NCBI GenBank assembly: GCA_963768175.1
Contig: CAVYGQ010000001.1
Span: 5,908 to 69,907 of the forward strand
Direction: 5' to 3'
From: Candidatus Doudnabacteria bacterium
GTDB lineage: Bacteria > Patescibacteriota > Doudnabacteria > UBA920
Length of the DNA stretch: 64,000 nt
The translations under genes and the position numbers were made by a program. Numbering within the stretch: position 1 is the first letter of the stretch; every line of letters starts with the position of its first letter. Of this stretch, positions 49,003 through 57,868 are shown in pieces. The notes below the pieces were generated by a model. It did not search any database, was not told where the DNA came from, and worked only from the letters and a program-made list of their open reading frames with translations.

Positions 49003-49600
49003 TGAAATGAGGAAATATTTTGTTATCGCATCAATTTTCCTTTTAGCCACCGGCTGTGCAAAACAGCCCGTCTTGCCCAGCGCGGGCCGAGGCGGACAAC
49101 CCCTAATTCAGACTGCGCCGATAAGCCAAAACCAACCGGCGCAAAATCAGGCGACATCCACGCCGGATCAAACCGCGACTTCCACTACAATATCGCTTCC
49201 GGTTAAGTATGATAATGCCCAATACGGATTTATTTTTTTTCTGCCCGCCGACTGGCAGGGGTATTCCATTTTGAACAAAACATGGCAAGGCACTCCCGCG
49301 GCTTCCGAAGGCGATGTAAATGCCGTTAAAGTCAGCGGACCTTTAATTTATATCCGCAATCCAAACTGGACAACCAAAAATCCTTATGAAGATATCCCGG
49401 TTGCGGTTTTTACACCGGATCAATGGGATCAAGTCCAAGCAGGACAGCTTGATGTTTACGCCGCCCCGTTCCCGCCATCCGAGCTCGGGCGTAATAAGAA
49501 TTATGTTTTTGGCCTGCCTCCCCGTTATAATTACGATTTTCGTGCAGGATTTGAGGAAGTCGAAAAGATAATGCAGAATAATCCTTTGGTTGGTTATTAA
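48992..49600 (+). CDS. Lipoprotein (lipobox LATGCA), a paralog of the preceding lipoprotein in its N-terminal region
   Basis: Signal peptide plus Cys, then TAPISQNQPAQNQ... Confidence 0.55.
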   Translation: MLNNEMRKYFVIASIFLLATGCAKQPVLPSAGRGGQPLIQTAPISQNQPAQNQATSTPDQTATSTTISLPVKYDNAQYGFIFFLPADWQGYSILNKTWQGTPAASEGDVNAVKVSGPLIYIRNPNWTTKNPYEDIPVAVFTPDQWDQVQAGQLDVYAAPFPPSELGRNKNYVFGLPPRYNYDFRAGFEEVEKIMQNNPLVGY

Positions 49601-49675
49601 TAATCATGGATTTAACCCCATTAGAAGTCAATGCCTAAAGGCATCAGTTGGCGCGATGCGCGCCAGATTTTTAAC

Positions 49676-49705
49676 AGGGTTGACAAATTTGATAAATAAC
49701 TTTAA
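49676..49705 (+). promoter_or_regulatory. Sigma70-like promoter for tuf (TTGACA-17-TAAAAT). The leader carries a copy of the CTTCGCTAAAGCTTCG repeat.
   Basis: Seen directly in the sequence. Confidence 0.5.
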
Positions 49706-49924
49706 AATAAGTTGTAGTTAAAAAATTAATTTTTGCTCTGGATTCCAATACGCCCCTGCTTCGCTTCCCCCTTCGCTAAAGCTTCGGGGGACAAGAAAGC
49801 TTCGCAGGGCAGGGAAAAAAAGAGATAAACCCTTGGTCTTGTGCCAAAGATCGATCAGGCACAGTGCCTAGGGTTTCTCGGGCAAATATCGCCCCCAGAA
49901 TGGGGGAAAAGAAAGGTTAAAACA

Positions 49925-51112
49925 ATGGCAGAAAAATTTGACCGCAGCAAGACGCACGTCAATGTGGGAACCATCGGCCACGTAGACCACGGAAAAACCA
50001 CTTTGACCGCCGCGATTACCATGGTGCTCGCCAAAACCGGCGGAGCCAAGGTCCGCCCTTACGACAGCATTGACAATGCCCCGGAAGAAAAAGCCCGCGG
50101 CATTACCATTAACACCGCGCACGTGGAATATTCCACGGCCAAGCGCCACTACGCGCACGTGGACTGTCCGGGGCACGCCGACTACATCAAAAACATGATT
50201 ACCGGCGCCGCCCAAATGGACGGAGCGATTTTGGTGGTTTCGGCCGCCGACGGCCCAATGCCCCAGACCCGCGAACATATTTTATTGGCCAGCCAAGTCG
50301 GCGTTAAGTACATTGTGGTTTACATGAACAAGTGCGACATGGTCCAGGATGCCGAACTTTTGGATTTGGTGGAAGAGGAAATCCGCGATCTTTTGACTAA
50401 ATATGGTTATCCCGGAAAAGATACTCCGATTATCCGCGGCAGCGCCTTAAAAGCCCTGGAAGGGGATGCCAGCGAGATGGGTGAAGGTTCCGTTAAAAAA
50501 TTGCTTGATGCTTTGGACACTTATATTCCGGATCCGAAGCGCGAAACCGACAAGCCGTTTTTGATGCCCATAGAAGATATTTTTTCCATTGAAGGCAGAG
50601 GAACCGTGGTTACCGGCAGGATTGAACGCGGAGAAATTAAGTTAAACGAAGAAGTGGAAATTGTCGGCTTAAGGCCCACCCAAAAAACCGTGGTTACCGG
50701 TATTGAAATGTTCAACAAACAGCTGGACAGCGGTATGGCCGGCGATAACGCCGGAGTTTTGCTCCGCGGCACCAAGAAAGAGGAAGTGGAACGCGGACAG
50801 GTTTTGTGCAAACCAGGTACTATTACCCCGCACACGGAATTTGAAGGCGAAATTTATATTTTGACCAAAGAAGAAGGCGGACGCCATACCCCGTTCTTTA
50901 AGGGTTATAAGCCGCAATTCTATATCCGCACCACGGACGTAACCGGCGATGTAACTCTTCCTGAAGGCCAGGAAATGGTTATGCCCGGCGACACCGTGAA
51001 ATTAGTCATTAAGCTGATTACCCCGGTCGCTTTGGAAGAAAAAAGCAAATTCGCTATTAGAGAGGGTGGTCATACCGTGGGTGCGGGCGTAGTTACTAAG
51101 ATCATCAAGTAA
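49925..51112 (+). CDS. tuf: Elongation factor Tu
   Basis: [30 protein letters not shown]... The ORF-track start at 49841 is an upstream in-frame extension. Confidence 0.97.
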   Translation: MAEKFDRSKTHVNVGTIGHVDHGKTTLTAAITMVLAKTGGAKVRPYDSIDNAPEEKARGITINTAHVEYSTAKRHYAHVDCPGHADYIKNMITGAAQMDGAILVVSAADGPMPQTREHILLASQVGVKYIVVYMNKCDMVQDAELLDLVEEEIRDLLTKYGYPGKDTPIIRGSALKALEGDASEMGEGSVKKLLDALDTYIPDPKRETDKPFLMPIEDIFSIEGRGTVVTGRIERGEIKLNEEVEIVGLRPTQKTVVTGIEMFNKQLDSGMAGDNAGVLLRGTKKEEVERGQVLCKPGTITPHTEFEGEIYILTKEEGGRHTPFFKGYKPQFYIRTTDVTGDVTLPEGQEMVMPGDTVKLVIKLITPVALEEKSKFAIREGGHTVGAGVVTKIIK

Positions 51113-51148
51113 AAAGATAAACACGGACTGATAATGGATTAACACGAA

Positions 51149-51184
51149 AAAGGACTGTCCTTGTTTAGGACAGTCCTTTTGGTT
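51149..51184 (+). terminator. Terminator AAAGGACTGTCC-ttgtttagg-ACAGTCCTTTT after tuf
   Basis: Seen directly in the sequence. Confidence 0.6.
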
Positions 51185-51389
51185 ATGTACGTTTGTTTAT
51201 CTGGTTGACTACAACTGCTTAAAACCGCGGCCGCGGTTTTAAGCAGTAACTTCTTCTTTCCACTCGCAAATGTTTGTGGGCGGGAAGAAGGGGACGAACA
51301 AACAGCGTTCGTCCCAAAGTGCATACCCTGAACCGCTAAAGAGCGGTTCAGCCGCTCGGATTGCCCGAGCAGCTCTGCCAGGATTTTGG

Positions 51390-52043
51390 CTATTTGTATA
51401 TGAGGCGTGTCGCCTCTCCCAGAGAGCGGAGGCGGCGCCAGTCAATTGCTACGGGGATTGGTGCGGAGACGGGGTACCATCTCCTCCAGCTCCCTTCTGA
51501 CCGGCAGGCCCAGATGGGACGGGCGAATTTGTCCACGAAAACTACCGTGGAAGATTCCGAGCCGCCGATGCGGGCGACCGCCTCTGCTGGCGGCCGAACG
51601 GCGGTCGTCCCCTTTGCGAAGCAGACTTCCTTCGGTCTGGGGTCGTTCCTGTGGGAGAAACACATCCGCCTTGCCTGTTGCAAGGTGACGTGCTCTTCTC
51701 GCCGTTCGGCCCGGATTTTGGGCAGGGTGCAGCGCTCCCACAGCCGGGTAGCTATCAGGCTCGCCGGGCACGGCCGGATGAGGAACTCCACCCCTCCGAA
51801 CTTCAATGTATGACCGATGTACGATCGGTCCAAACGCATACGGAATAGCGCGTCGACCACATACAGTGGGCCGACGGCCGCGTTGGTGTGATAGCCCTTC
51901 TGTCTTACTTCTTCAAAATCCCCCGGCTTTGGGGGCTCACTGAAGAAGCGGGTATGAATCCCATACCCGATCCCCGAAAGGATCGTGTCCTCCAGGCCGG
52001 CTACTCCAGCCTCGAAGTCCACTAGCAACAACATCTTCGCCAT
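51390..52043 (-). CDS. GC-rich (~60%) hypothetical protein (217 aa), inserted between tuf and rpsJ. Paralog of the frameshifted gene at 36761..37241.
   Basis: Strong RBS (AAGGAGTAAGAAA-ATG) at the MAKM start. Local GC is far above the window average. Hairpin clusters lie 3' of the gene (51270-51360), and an imperfect 24-bp inverted repeat (CTTATAGGGAGCAAACCAATTATC / GATAATCAATTTGTTCCCTATAAG) lies 5' of it (52100-52170). Confidence 0.5.
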   Translation of the reverse strand: MAKMLLLVDFEAGVAGLEDTILSGIGYGIHTRFFSEPPKPGDFEEVRQKGYHTNAAVGPLYVVDALFRMRLDRSYIGHTLKFGGVEFLIRPCPASLIATRLWERCTLPKIRAERREEHVTLQQARRMCFSHRNDPRPKEVCFAKGTTAVRPPAEAVARIGGSESSTVVFVDKFARPIWACRSEGSWRRWYPVSAPIPVAIDWRRLRSLGEATRLIYK

Positions 52044-52526
52044 TTTCTTACTCCTTCCCTTGCCAGTCACCTTGCGCCAGCTGGCGCAAAGCGAAATTCT
52101 GGGCTTATAGGGAGCAAACCAATTATCTTTAAAAGTTAGGATTTAGATAATCAATTTGTTCCCTATAAGAGTTGTTAGGAAAGAAATAAGGCAATCTATT
52201 TTATTTTGTCAAAGAACTAACCGATTGTCTGATGCCTAAATTTAGCTTCTCCACAAGGTCGAAGACTAAATATTTAGCATTCGGCAATACTGGCTCCAAA
52301 ATCTTATTTCAGATTTTGAAGTAATATTATAGCATATATTCAATTTTTTGTCAATACTGCCCATTTCTATTGACAAAAGCTACATCTTACTATAAACTAT
52401 TGCAAGTATGTTATTGTAACGCGGAAGGACGCGGAATTTAACGCGGAACAACGCGGAAGCTATATTTTTATCAATTAATAAGGCAAAAGTCGCCAGTTTT
52501 AGATTTGCGGACAAGGTCTTTAAAAA

Positions 52527-52850
52527 ATGGATAAGGAAGCCCAAGCTCCAAAGATTCGCATAAAGATAAAAGCTTATGACCATAAGCTTATTGATCAAAG
52601 TGCGAAACAGATTGTAGAGACCGCCAAACGCACCGGCGCGTCTATTTCGGGCCCGATTCCGCTTCCTACGGAAAAGACCAAGTATACCGTGCTTCGCTCC
52701 ACCTTTGTGCACAAAGACAGCCGCGAACAGTTTGAAATGCGCGTCCATAAACGGCTGATTGATATTTTAAACGCCACGCCAAAAACCATAGATTCTTTAA
52801 CGAACTTGAATTTACCGGCGGGAGTTGACGTAGAAATCAAAATGAGCTAA
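52527..52850 (+). CDS. rpsJ: 30S ribosomal protein S10
   Basis: [30 protein letters not shown]. Confidence 0.95.
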   Translation: MDKEAQAPKIRIKIKAYDHKLIDQSAKQIVETAKRTGASISGPIPLPTEKTKYTVLRSTFVHKDSREQFEMRVHKRLIDILNATPKTIDSLTNLNLPAGVDVEIKMS

Positions 52851-53087
52851 AGCTCATTTCTAGTTATAAAGTTGAAAGTTATAAAGTTAATAAAGTAAGT
52901 GAATTAGTTCTATTTTTCTTAGAGCTATAAGAAGGCCTAAGAAAATAACCCTCTCTGCCCGCCTTCGGCGGACATCTCCCCCAAAGGGGGAGAGAAATAA
53001 GGAAAGGCTATGTAGAAAACGATTTGCTCCAAACATTATCAAGTTTTTGATATTATTGCGGGCAAATCGGCCCCGCATTTTTATTTA

Positions 53088-53166
53088 GCAAGTAGGAAGG
53101 TAGCAAGTAGCTTGTAGCAACCGCAAGGCTACCGCCCTACTATCCTACAAGCTACAAGCTAAAGTT
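53088..53166. repeat. R3 family structured repeat, immediately 5' of the rplC start
   Basis: GCAAGTAGGAAGGTAGCAAGTAGCTTGTAGC...CTACAAGCTAAAGTT-ATG. Confidence 0.6.
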
Positions 53167-53856
53167 ATGAATTTTTTATTAGGCAGAAAATTAAATATGA
53201 CCCAGTATTTTGACGAAGCCACGGGCGAAGTAATCCCGGTGACCGTTATTTCGGCCGTCCCGATGACTGTAACGCAAGTCAAGGAAGCCGCCGGCAAAGA
53301 CAAATACAGCGCGGTTCAGGTTGGCATAGATAAAAAGAACCCTTCGACTTCGCTCAGGGCAAGAAAGCAGTCTAAATCTTTACAGGGACACTTAAAGGGT
53401 TTGGGTGCTTTTGCCGTTTTATCGGAGTTCAGGGTGAACGACGCAAACAGCTATAAAAAAGGCCAAAAGGTAGATATTTCCGGCTTTAAGCCTGGTGAAA
53501 TGGTCAATGTGGAAGGAACAAGCAAAGGCCGCGGTTTTGCCGGCGCGATGAAGCGCCACGGTTTTGCCGGTTTTCCCATGTCCCACGGCCACAACAGGCC
53601 GCGCTCTGTGGGATCTATCGGCCAACGTTTTCCCCAGCATACCAGAAAAGGTATGCGCATGGCCGGCCATATGGGCAACATCGGCGTTACCGTAAAGAAC
53701 TTGCAGGTTGTGGAAGTTGACCCCAAGAAGAATCTGATTAGCTTAAAAGGTGCCGTACCGGGACATCCTCACGCTTTGGTTAAAATAATTTCCACCGGAA
53801 GAGTTAAAGCTTTGGTAAAAGTGGAAGTTGTGAAGGAAGAGAAAAAGAAGAAGTGA
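53167..53856 (+). CDS. rplC: 50S ribosomal protein L3
   Basis: MTQYFDE...GKGFAG.MKRHGFAG. Confidence 0.95.
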   Translation: MNFLLGRKLNMTQYFDEATGEVIPVTVISAVPMTVTQVKEAAGKDKYSAVQVGIDKKNPSTSLRARKQSKSLQGHLKGLGAFAVLSEFRVNDANSYKKGQKVDISGFKPGEMVNVEGTSKGRGFAGAMKRHGFAGFPMSHGHNRPRSVGSIGQRFPQHTRKGMRMAGHMGNIGVTVKNLQVVEVDPKKNLISLKGAVPGHPHALVKIISTGRVKALVKVEVVKEEKKKK

Positions 53857-53866
53857 CGCCAGGCTT

Positions 53867-53967
53867 GGCGTCATCCTGAGTCCGCTCTAAGCAAATCTAG
53901 GCGGACGAAGGATCTCATCAAAGTTTAAGAGATTCCTCGGTCGGCTGCACTCCCTCGGAATGACGCC
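53867..53967. repeat. MITE-like element, GGCGTCATCCTGA family, between rplC and rplD
   Basis: ggcgtcatcctgagt...ctcggaatgacgcc. The ORF-track start of rplD at 53960 lies inside it. Confidence 0.7.
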
Positions 53968-53989
53968 GGATGACGGAAGTTATGAATCT

Positions 53990-54669
53990 ATGAAGACGAA
54001 TCTTTACAATCAAAAAGGTGAAACTATCGGCGATGTGGAATTAAACCCAAAGATTTTTGAGGTTAAACCCAACGAACATCTTTTAGCCGAAGCGGTAAGG
54101 ATACAATTATCCAATTCCCGCCAGGGCACCAGCAATACTAAAACCCGCGGCGAAGTATCCGGCGGCGGCAAAAAGCCCTGGAAGCAAAAAGGCACCGGCC
54201 GCGCCCGCGCAGGCTCAAGCAGAAGCCCGATTTGGCGCCACGGCGGCATTACTTTTGGCCCCGCTCAAACCGCAATTGGGAATTAAAAATCAACAAAAAG
54301 GCCAAGACCGCGGCGCTGTTTATGTCCCTTTCCGACAAGGCCAAAGAAAAGCAGTTTTTTGTCATTGACCAAATTGTTTTAGAAAACCCCAAGACCAAGG
54401 AATTCGTCGCAGTGTTAAAAGGTTTGGAAGCGAAGCTTTCCGTCGAAGGCGGATCCGCCTTTGGCGGAAAGAATTTGGGCAAGAAGCAAATGCTTATTCT
54501 TCCAAGAAAAGACGCAAAGCTAGTCCGTGCTACCAGCAATTTACAATCGGTCAATACCGTTTTGGCAAACAGCCTGAACCTGGTGGATGTAATAACGGCT
54601 AACAGCATTATCGCGCTTAAAGACAGTTTGCCGGTCATAGAGAAAGTATATCTTAAAAAAAGCAAGTAA
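53990..54669 (+). CDS. rplD: 50S ribosomal protein L4, with an apparent 1-nt frameshift near 54265-54290 and an in-frame GGCGGATCCGCC insert (54445-54467)
   Basis: Frame 2 [10 protein letters not shown]...[13 protein letters not shown] then frame 1 ...[20 protein letters not shown]... The shift lies at gggaattaaaaatc. Confidence 0.85.
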
Positions 54670-54670
54670 A

Positions 54671-54768
54671 ATGACAAAAACGACGGAAATGACAAAAATG
54701 AGCAAAAATAAACTACAGTTCTAATTTTTGTCATTTATTTAATTTTTTTAATTTTTGTTCATTAATTT
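54671..54768. repeat. Repeat family R1 (~97 bp: ATGACAAAAA..GAAATGACAAAAATGAGCAAAAATAAACTACAGTTCTAATTTTTGTCATTTATTTAATTTTTTTAATTTTTGTTCATTAA), immediately 5' of the rplW start. A near-identical copy lies at 61279-61378, 5' of rpsN.
   Basis: Two copies are >90% identical. Each contains the internal inverted repeat ATGACAAAAAT / ATTTTTGTCAT. Confidence 0.75.
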
Positions 54769-55150
54769 TATGGCCATTTTTTCCAAAAAACCAGAAACTG
54801 ACGAGAAGGTTGAATATAAAACGGATGACAAACCTTCCGCTACTGTCGGCAATGGCCCGACAATAAAAATCCCTACCATTTTAATCCAGCCCAGAATTTC
54901 CGAAAAAGCGGGTAGCTTAGCGCAAATGAACAAGTATGTTTTTTTGGTCGCAAAAGCCGCCAATAAAGTAGAGGTCAAAAAAGCGGTGGAAGCGGTTTAT
55001 AAAGTCAAAGTCACGCAAGTTAACGTTATAAATAATTATGGGAAGAAAAGAAATTATGGACAGACAAAAGGCGTAACCTCGGATTTTAAAAAAGCAATAG
55101 TAACACTAAAAGCTGGAGATAAAATAGAAGGGATAACGGAGACTATTTAA
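54769..55150 (+). CDS. rplW: 50S ribosomal protein L23
   Basis: ...VFLVAKAANKVEVKKAVEAVYKVKVTQVNVIN. Start placed at ATGGCC by analogy with the identical repeat/start junction at rpsN. Confidence 0.85.
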
Positions 55151-55246
55151 ATGACAAGAATGACATGATTGAGCAAGAATGACAAGGATCGCTGCAGTCA
55201 AATCATGTCAATCATTTAAATCTTTTAATTCATGTTCAATTAATCT
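55151..55246. repeat. Repeat family R2 (ATGACAAGAATGACA...CTGCAGTTAAATCATGTCAATCATTTAAATCTTTTAATTCATGT), immediately 5' of the rplB start. Other copies at 57775-57868 (5' of rpsC) and 62739-62837 (5' of rplR).
   Basis: Three copies share a >80% identical core ending within ~20 nt of the start codon. Confidence 0.75.
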
Positions 55247-56083
55247 ATGGCGGTAAAACTTTACAAACCAACAAGTGCCGGACGGCGCATCCAAAGTGTG
55301 ACCGATTATTCGGTATTGCGGAAAAAGTACAAAACACCTAAAGGATTAATAGTGAGCAAAGCCAAGCCGGCCGGCCGCAATAATAGCGGCAAGATCACCG
55401 TGCGCCATCAGGGCGGCGGAGCCATCCGCAAAACCAGGATTGTGGATTTTTCCCGGGCCGATAAAAAAGACATTCCGGCAAAAGTTTTGACCATAGAGTA
55501 CGATCCGACCCGCACCGCATTTATATCTTTGGTGTCCTACAAAGACGGCAGTAAGCGTTTTATTTTAACCCCACAGGGCTTGAAAGTCGGCGACAAGGTG
55601 ATGTTTGGGGAAAATGCCGAAATCCTTCCCGGCAACAGGCTAATGTTAAAAAATATTCCGGTCGGCTCTTTTGTTCATGATATTGAATTAATTCCCGGCC
55701 AGGGCGGGAAAATTGCCCGCAGTGCCGGCAATTATGCCATACTCCAGACTGTGGAAGCCGGTTATTCTTTGCTGAAAATGCCGAGCGGCGAGATACGCAA
55801 AGTCCGCGAAACTTGTTTGGCCTCCATTGGCCAGCTCGCCAACGCGGATTGGATGAATGTCAGAATAGGCAAGGCCGGCCGGATGCGGCATATGGGCTGG
55901 CGGCCCACAGTCCGCGGTAAAGTGATGAACCCGGTGGACCACCCGCACGGCGGAGGCGAGGGCCACAACCCGATTGGTATGAAATACCCAAAAACCCCGT
56001 GGGGCAAGCATGCTTTGGGGGTGAAGACGAGGTTAAAGAAAAAGTATAGCAACAGTTTTATAGTTAAACGAAGATCTAAGTAA
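55247..56083 (+). CDS. rplB: 50S ribosomal protein L2
   Basis: [10 protein letters not shown]...[11 protein letters not shown]. Confidence 0.97.
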   Translation: MAVKLYKPTSAGRRIQSVTDYSVLRKKYKTPKGLIVSKAKPAGRNNSGKITVRHQGGGAIRKTRIVDFSRADKKDIPAKVLTIEYDPTRTAFISLVSYKDGSKRFILTPQGLKVGDKVMFGENAEILPGNRLMLKNIPVGSFVHDIELIPGQGGKIARSAGNYAILQTVEAGYSLLKMPSGEIRKVRETCLASIGQLANADWMNVRIGKAGRMRHMGWRPTVRGKVMNPVDHPHGGGEGHNPIGMKYPKTPWGKHALGVKTRLKKKYSNSFIVKRRSK

Positions 56084-56152
56084 GCAAACAACCAAGGGGC
56101 ATCCTTGGTCTGAGGACTAACTAAGTCAAAGGATGCCCCTTGGGTCAAAGTT

Positions 56153-56773
56153 ATGAAGAAATATTTTCTCCTTACAATCCCATTCCTGTTCCTCGCCGCG
56201 GCCTGCAATAATCAGCAAGCCCAGGTTCAGCCTGTGCAAAATCAGCTGGTGCAGACAGCACAGCAGCAGGTTCAGCCGGTACAACCAGCGCAAGTTCAGT
56301 CACAAGCACAGCAACCACAAGCTGCGCCAACCGATGAAACCGCAAATTGGCAAACCTACACGGATAGCTTTTATAATTTTACTTTTAAGTATCCCAATGG
56401 AATGGTTGCTAACCTATTAAAGTTAAATGGTTCAGTTGCCAATTCGGTGCCAAGTCAATATACAATTAAAATCAACAGACCCAATGACGTTACTACAAAC
56501 GGAGTAACAATTGGCGATGTTTCTGAGGCATTTTTGAATATCAGTGCCGCCCCTGTTAAAGTTACCGGTTCTACGATCAATATTGATAGTCCTTCAGGCC
56601 AAATAGCCGCTACCTACTCCACAGCAACTACCCCGATGGGATATACATATTATGAGTATGACTTTCAAAAAAATGGGAACTATTACTCATTTAGAATGAA
56701 TAACTACGATCCGGTTTTCCTGAGTGCGGCTGATTTCAAAAAAATGGTTGATACCATTAAGTTTGCTAAGTAA
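56153..56773 (+). CDS. Q-rich lipoprotein (lipobox LAAACNN) inserted inside the S10 operon between rplB and rpsS
   Basis: Signal peptide plus Cys followed by [28 protein letters not shown]... It is preceded by the palindrome at 56093-56140 (CCAAGGGGCATCCTT...AAGGATGCCCCTTGG). Confidence 0.6.
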   Translation: MKKYFLLTIPFLFLAAACNNQQAQVQPVQNQLVQTAQQQVQPVQPAQVQSQAQQPQAAPTDETANWQTYTDSFYNFTFKYPNGMVANLLKLNGSVANSVPSQYTIKINRPNDVTTNGVTIGDVSEAFLNISAAPVKVTGSTINIDSPSGQIAATYSTATTPMGYTYYEYDFQKNGNYYSFRMNNYDPVFLSAADFKKMVDTIKFAK

Positions 56774-56780
56774 TAAATAT

Positions 56781-57113
56781 ATGTCTAGAAGCTCAAAAAA
56801 AGGACCATACGTAGACCCAAGAGTACTCAAGAAAGTAATGGCGGGCAAAGCGGGCAAGACCCAGATTAAGACCTGGTCTCGCGCTTGCAGTATTGCGCCG
56901 GAGTTTGTGGGTTTTACCTTTTTGGTGCATAATGGCAGGACGCACGTGCCGGTTTTTGTGACGGAAAATATGGTTGGCCACAAATTGGGCGAATTTTCCT
57001 TAACCCGTAAGTTCCAGAGGCATGGCGGCAAGATGGCCAAAGAGCAGGAAATGGCCAAAGCCGAAGCCGAGAAGGCAAAGCTGGCCGCGGCAAAAGAACC
57101 GGAAAAAAAATAA
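56781..57113 (+). CDS. rpsS: 30S ribosomal protein S19 with a K/A/E-rich C-terminal extension
   Basis: [18 protein letters not shown]...[23 protein letters not shown]. Confidence 0.92.
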   Translation: MSRSSKKGPYVDPRVLKKVMAGKAGKTQIKTWSRACSIAPEFVGFTFLVHNGRTHVPVFVTENMVGHKLGEFSLTRKFQRHGGKMAKEQEMAKAEAEKAKLAAAKEPEKK

Positions 57114-57138
57114 GACAAATAGGACCTATTAGACCTAT

Positions 57139-57765
57139 ATGACCAATAAGGCATCAACAACCGAATCAGGAAAGTTAGTCACGGCGCACGCCCGCGATCT
57201 TCATATTGCTCCCAGAAAAATGCGCTTGGTAACTAACTTAGTCAAAAATATGAACGCCTTGGATGCCTTGGTCCAGCTTCAGCATACCGACAAAAAGGCT
57301 TCGCCGATGTTAATTAAGTTAATCCAGTCTGCCGTGGCGAACGCCAAGAATAATTTTTCGCTTGACCCCCAGCATTTGTTTATTAAGGAATTGACCTGTG
57401 ATATGGGCAAAGTAATGAAGCGCTACTTTCCCCGCGCCCGCGGCAGCGCTTTTGAGATTAGGCGCAAAATGAGCCATGTGAACATTGTTTTGGAAGAGCG
57501 CAAGAAAGCCAAAGCCAGCAAGGTCAAGGCTGGATTTCTTACAAAGCCGAAAGCCGAAGAGAAAAAAGTCCAGAATGTAGATCAGCAGGCTGCCGTTAAT
57601 AAAGAACCCTCCTTCGCTCCCGACTTCGCTAAGGCTTCGTCGGGCAAGAAAGCTACGGAGGGCAAAGAAGTCAAAAAGAGCCAGGTGTTTAGGACGGACG
57701 AGCAGAAAAAAATGAGTACCGCGGCAAATAAGAGAAGGCTGTTTAACAGGAAGTCCGGAGAGTAA
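57139..57765 (+). CDS. rplV: 50S ribosomal protein L22 with a ~90-aa K-rich C-terminal extension containing the DFAKASSGKK repeat
   Basis: ARDLHIAPRKMRLV...QSAVANA L22 core. The extension includes EPSFAPDFAKASSGKKATEG (57600-57665). Confidence 0.9.
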   Translation: MTNKASTTESGKLVTAHARDLHIAPRKMRLVTNLVKNMNALDALVQLQHTDKKASPMLIKLIQSAVANAKNNFSLDPQHLFIKELTCDMGKVMKRYFPRARGSAFEIRRKMSHVNIVLEERKKAKASKVKAGFLTKPKAEEKKVQNVDQQAAVNKEPSFAPDFAKASSGKKATEGKEVKKSQVFRTDEQKKMSTAANKRRLFNRKSGE

Positions 57766-57868
57766 AATAATTGACAAAATTGACATGAATGAACAAGAAT
57801 GACAAAAATTTACTGCAGTTAAATCATGTCAATCATTTAAATCTTTTAATTCATGTCCAATCAAACCT

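Noticed and set aside
51361-51848. Three overlapping plus-strand ORFs (51361-51813, 51407-51688, 51651-51848) in the GC-rich block
   Set aside because: They lie antisense to the RBS-supported minus-strand gene 51390-52043 and their compositions are Arg/Pro-biased in the way spurious high-GC ORFs are.
2470-54290. A possible alternative genetic code (for example UGA=Gly as in some CPR lineages) to explain the split genes
   Set aside because: Long conserved genes (fusA, tuf, pnp, leuS, purH) are intact under code 11. The stops that split glyQS, rplD and nfo are TAA or frame changes, not in-frame TGA.
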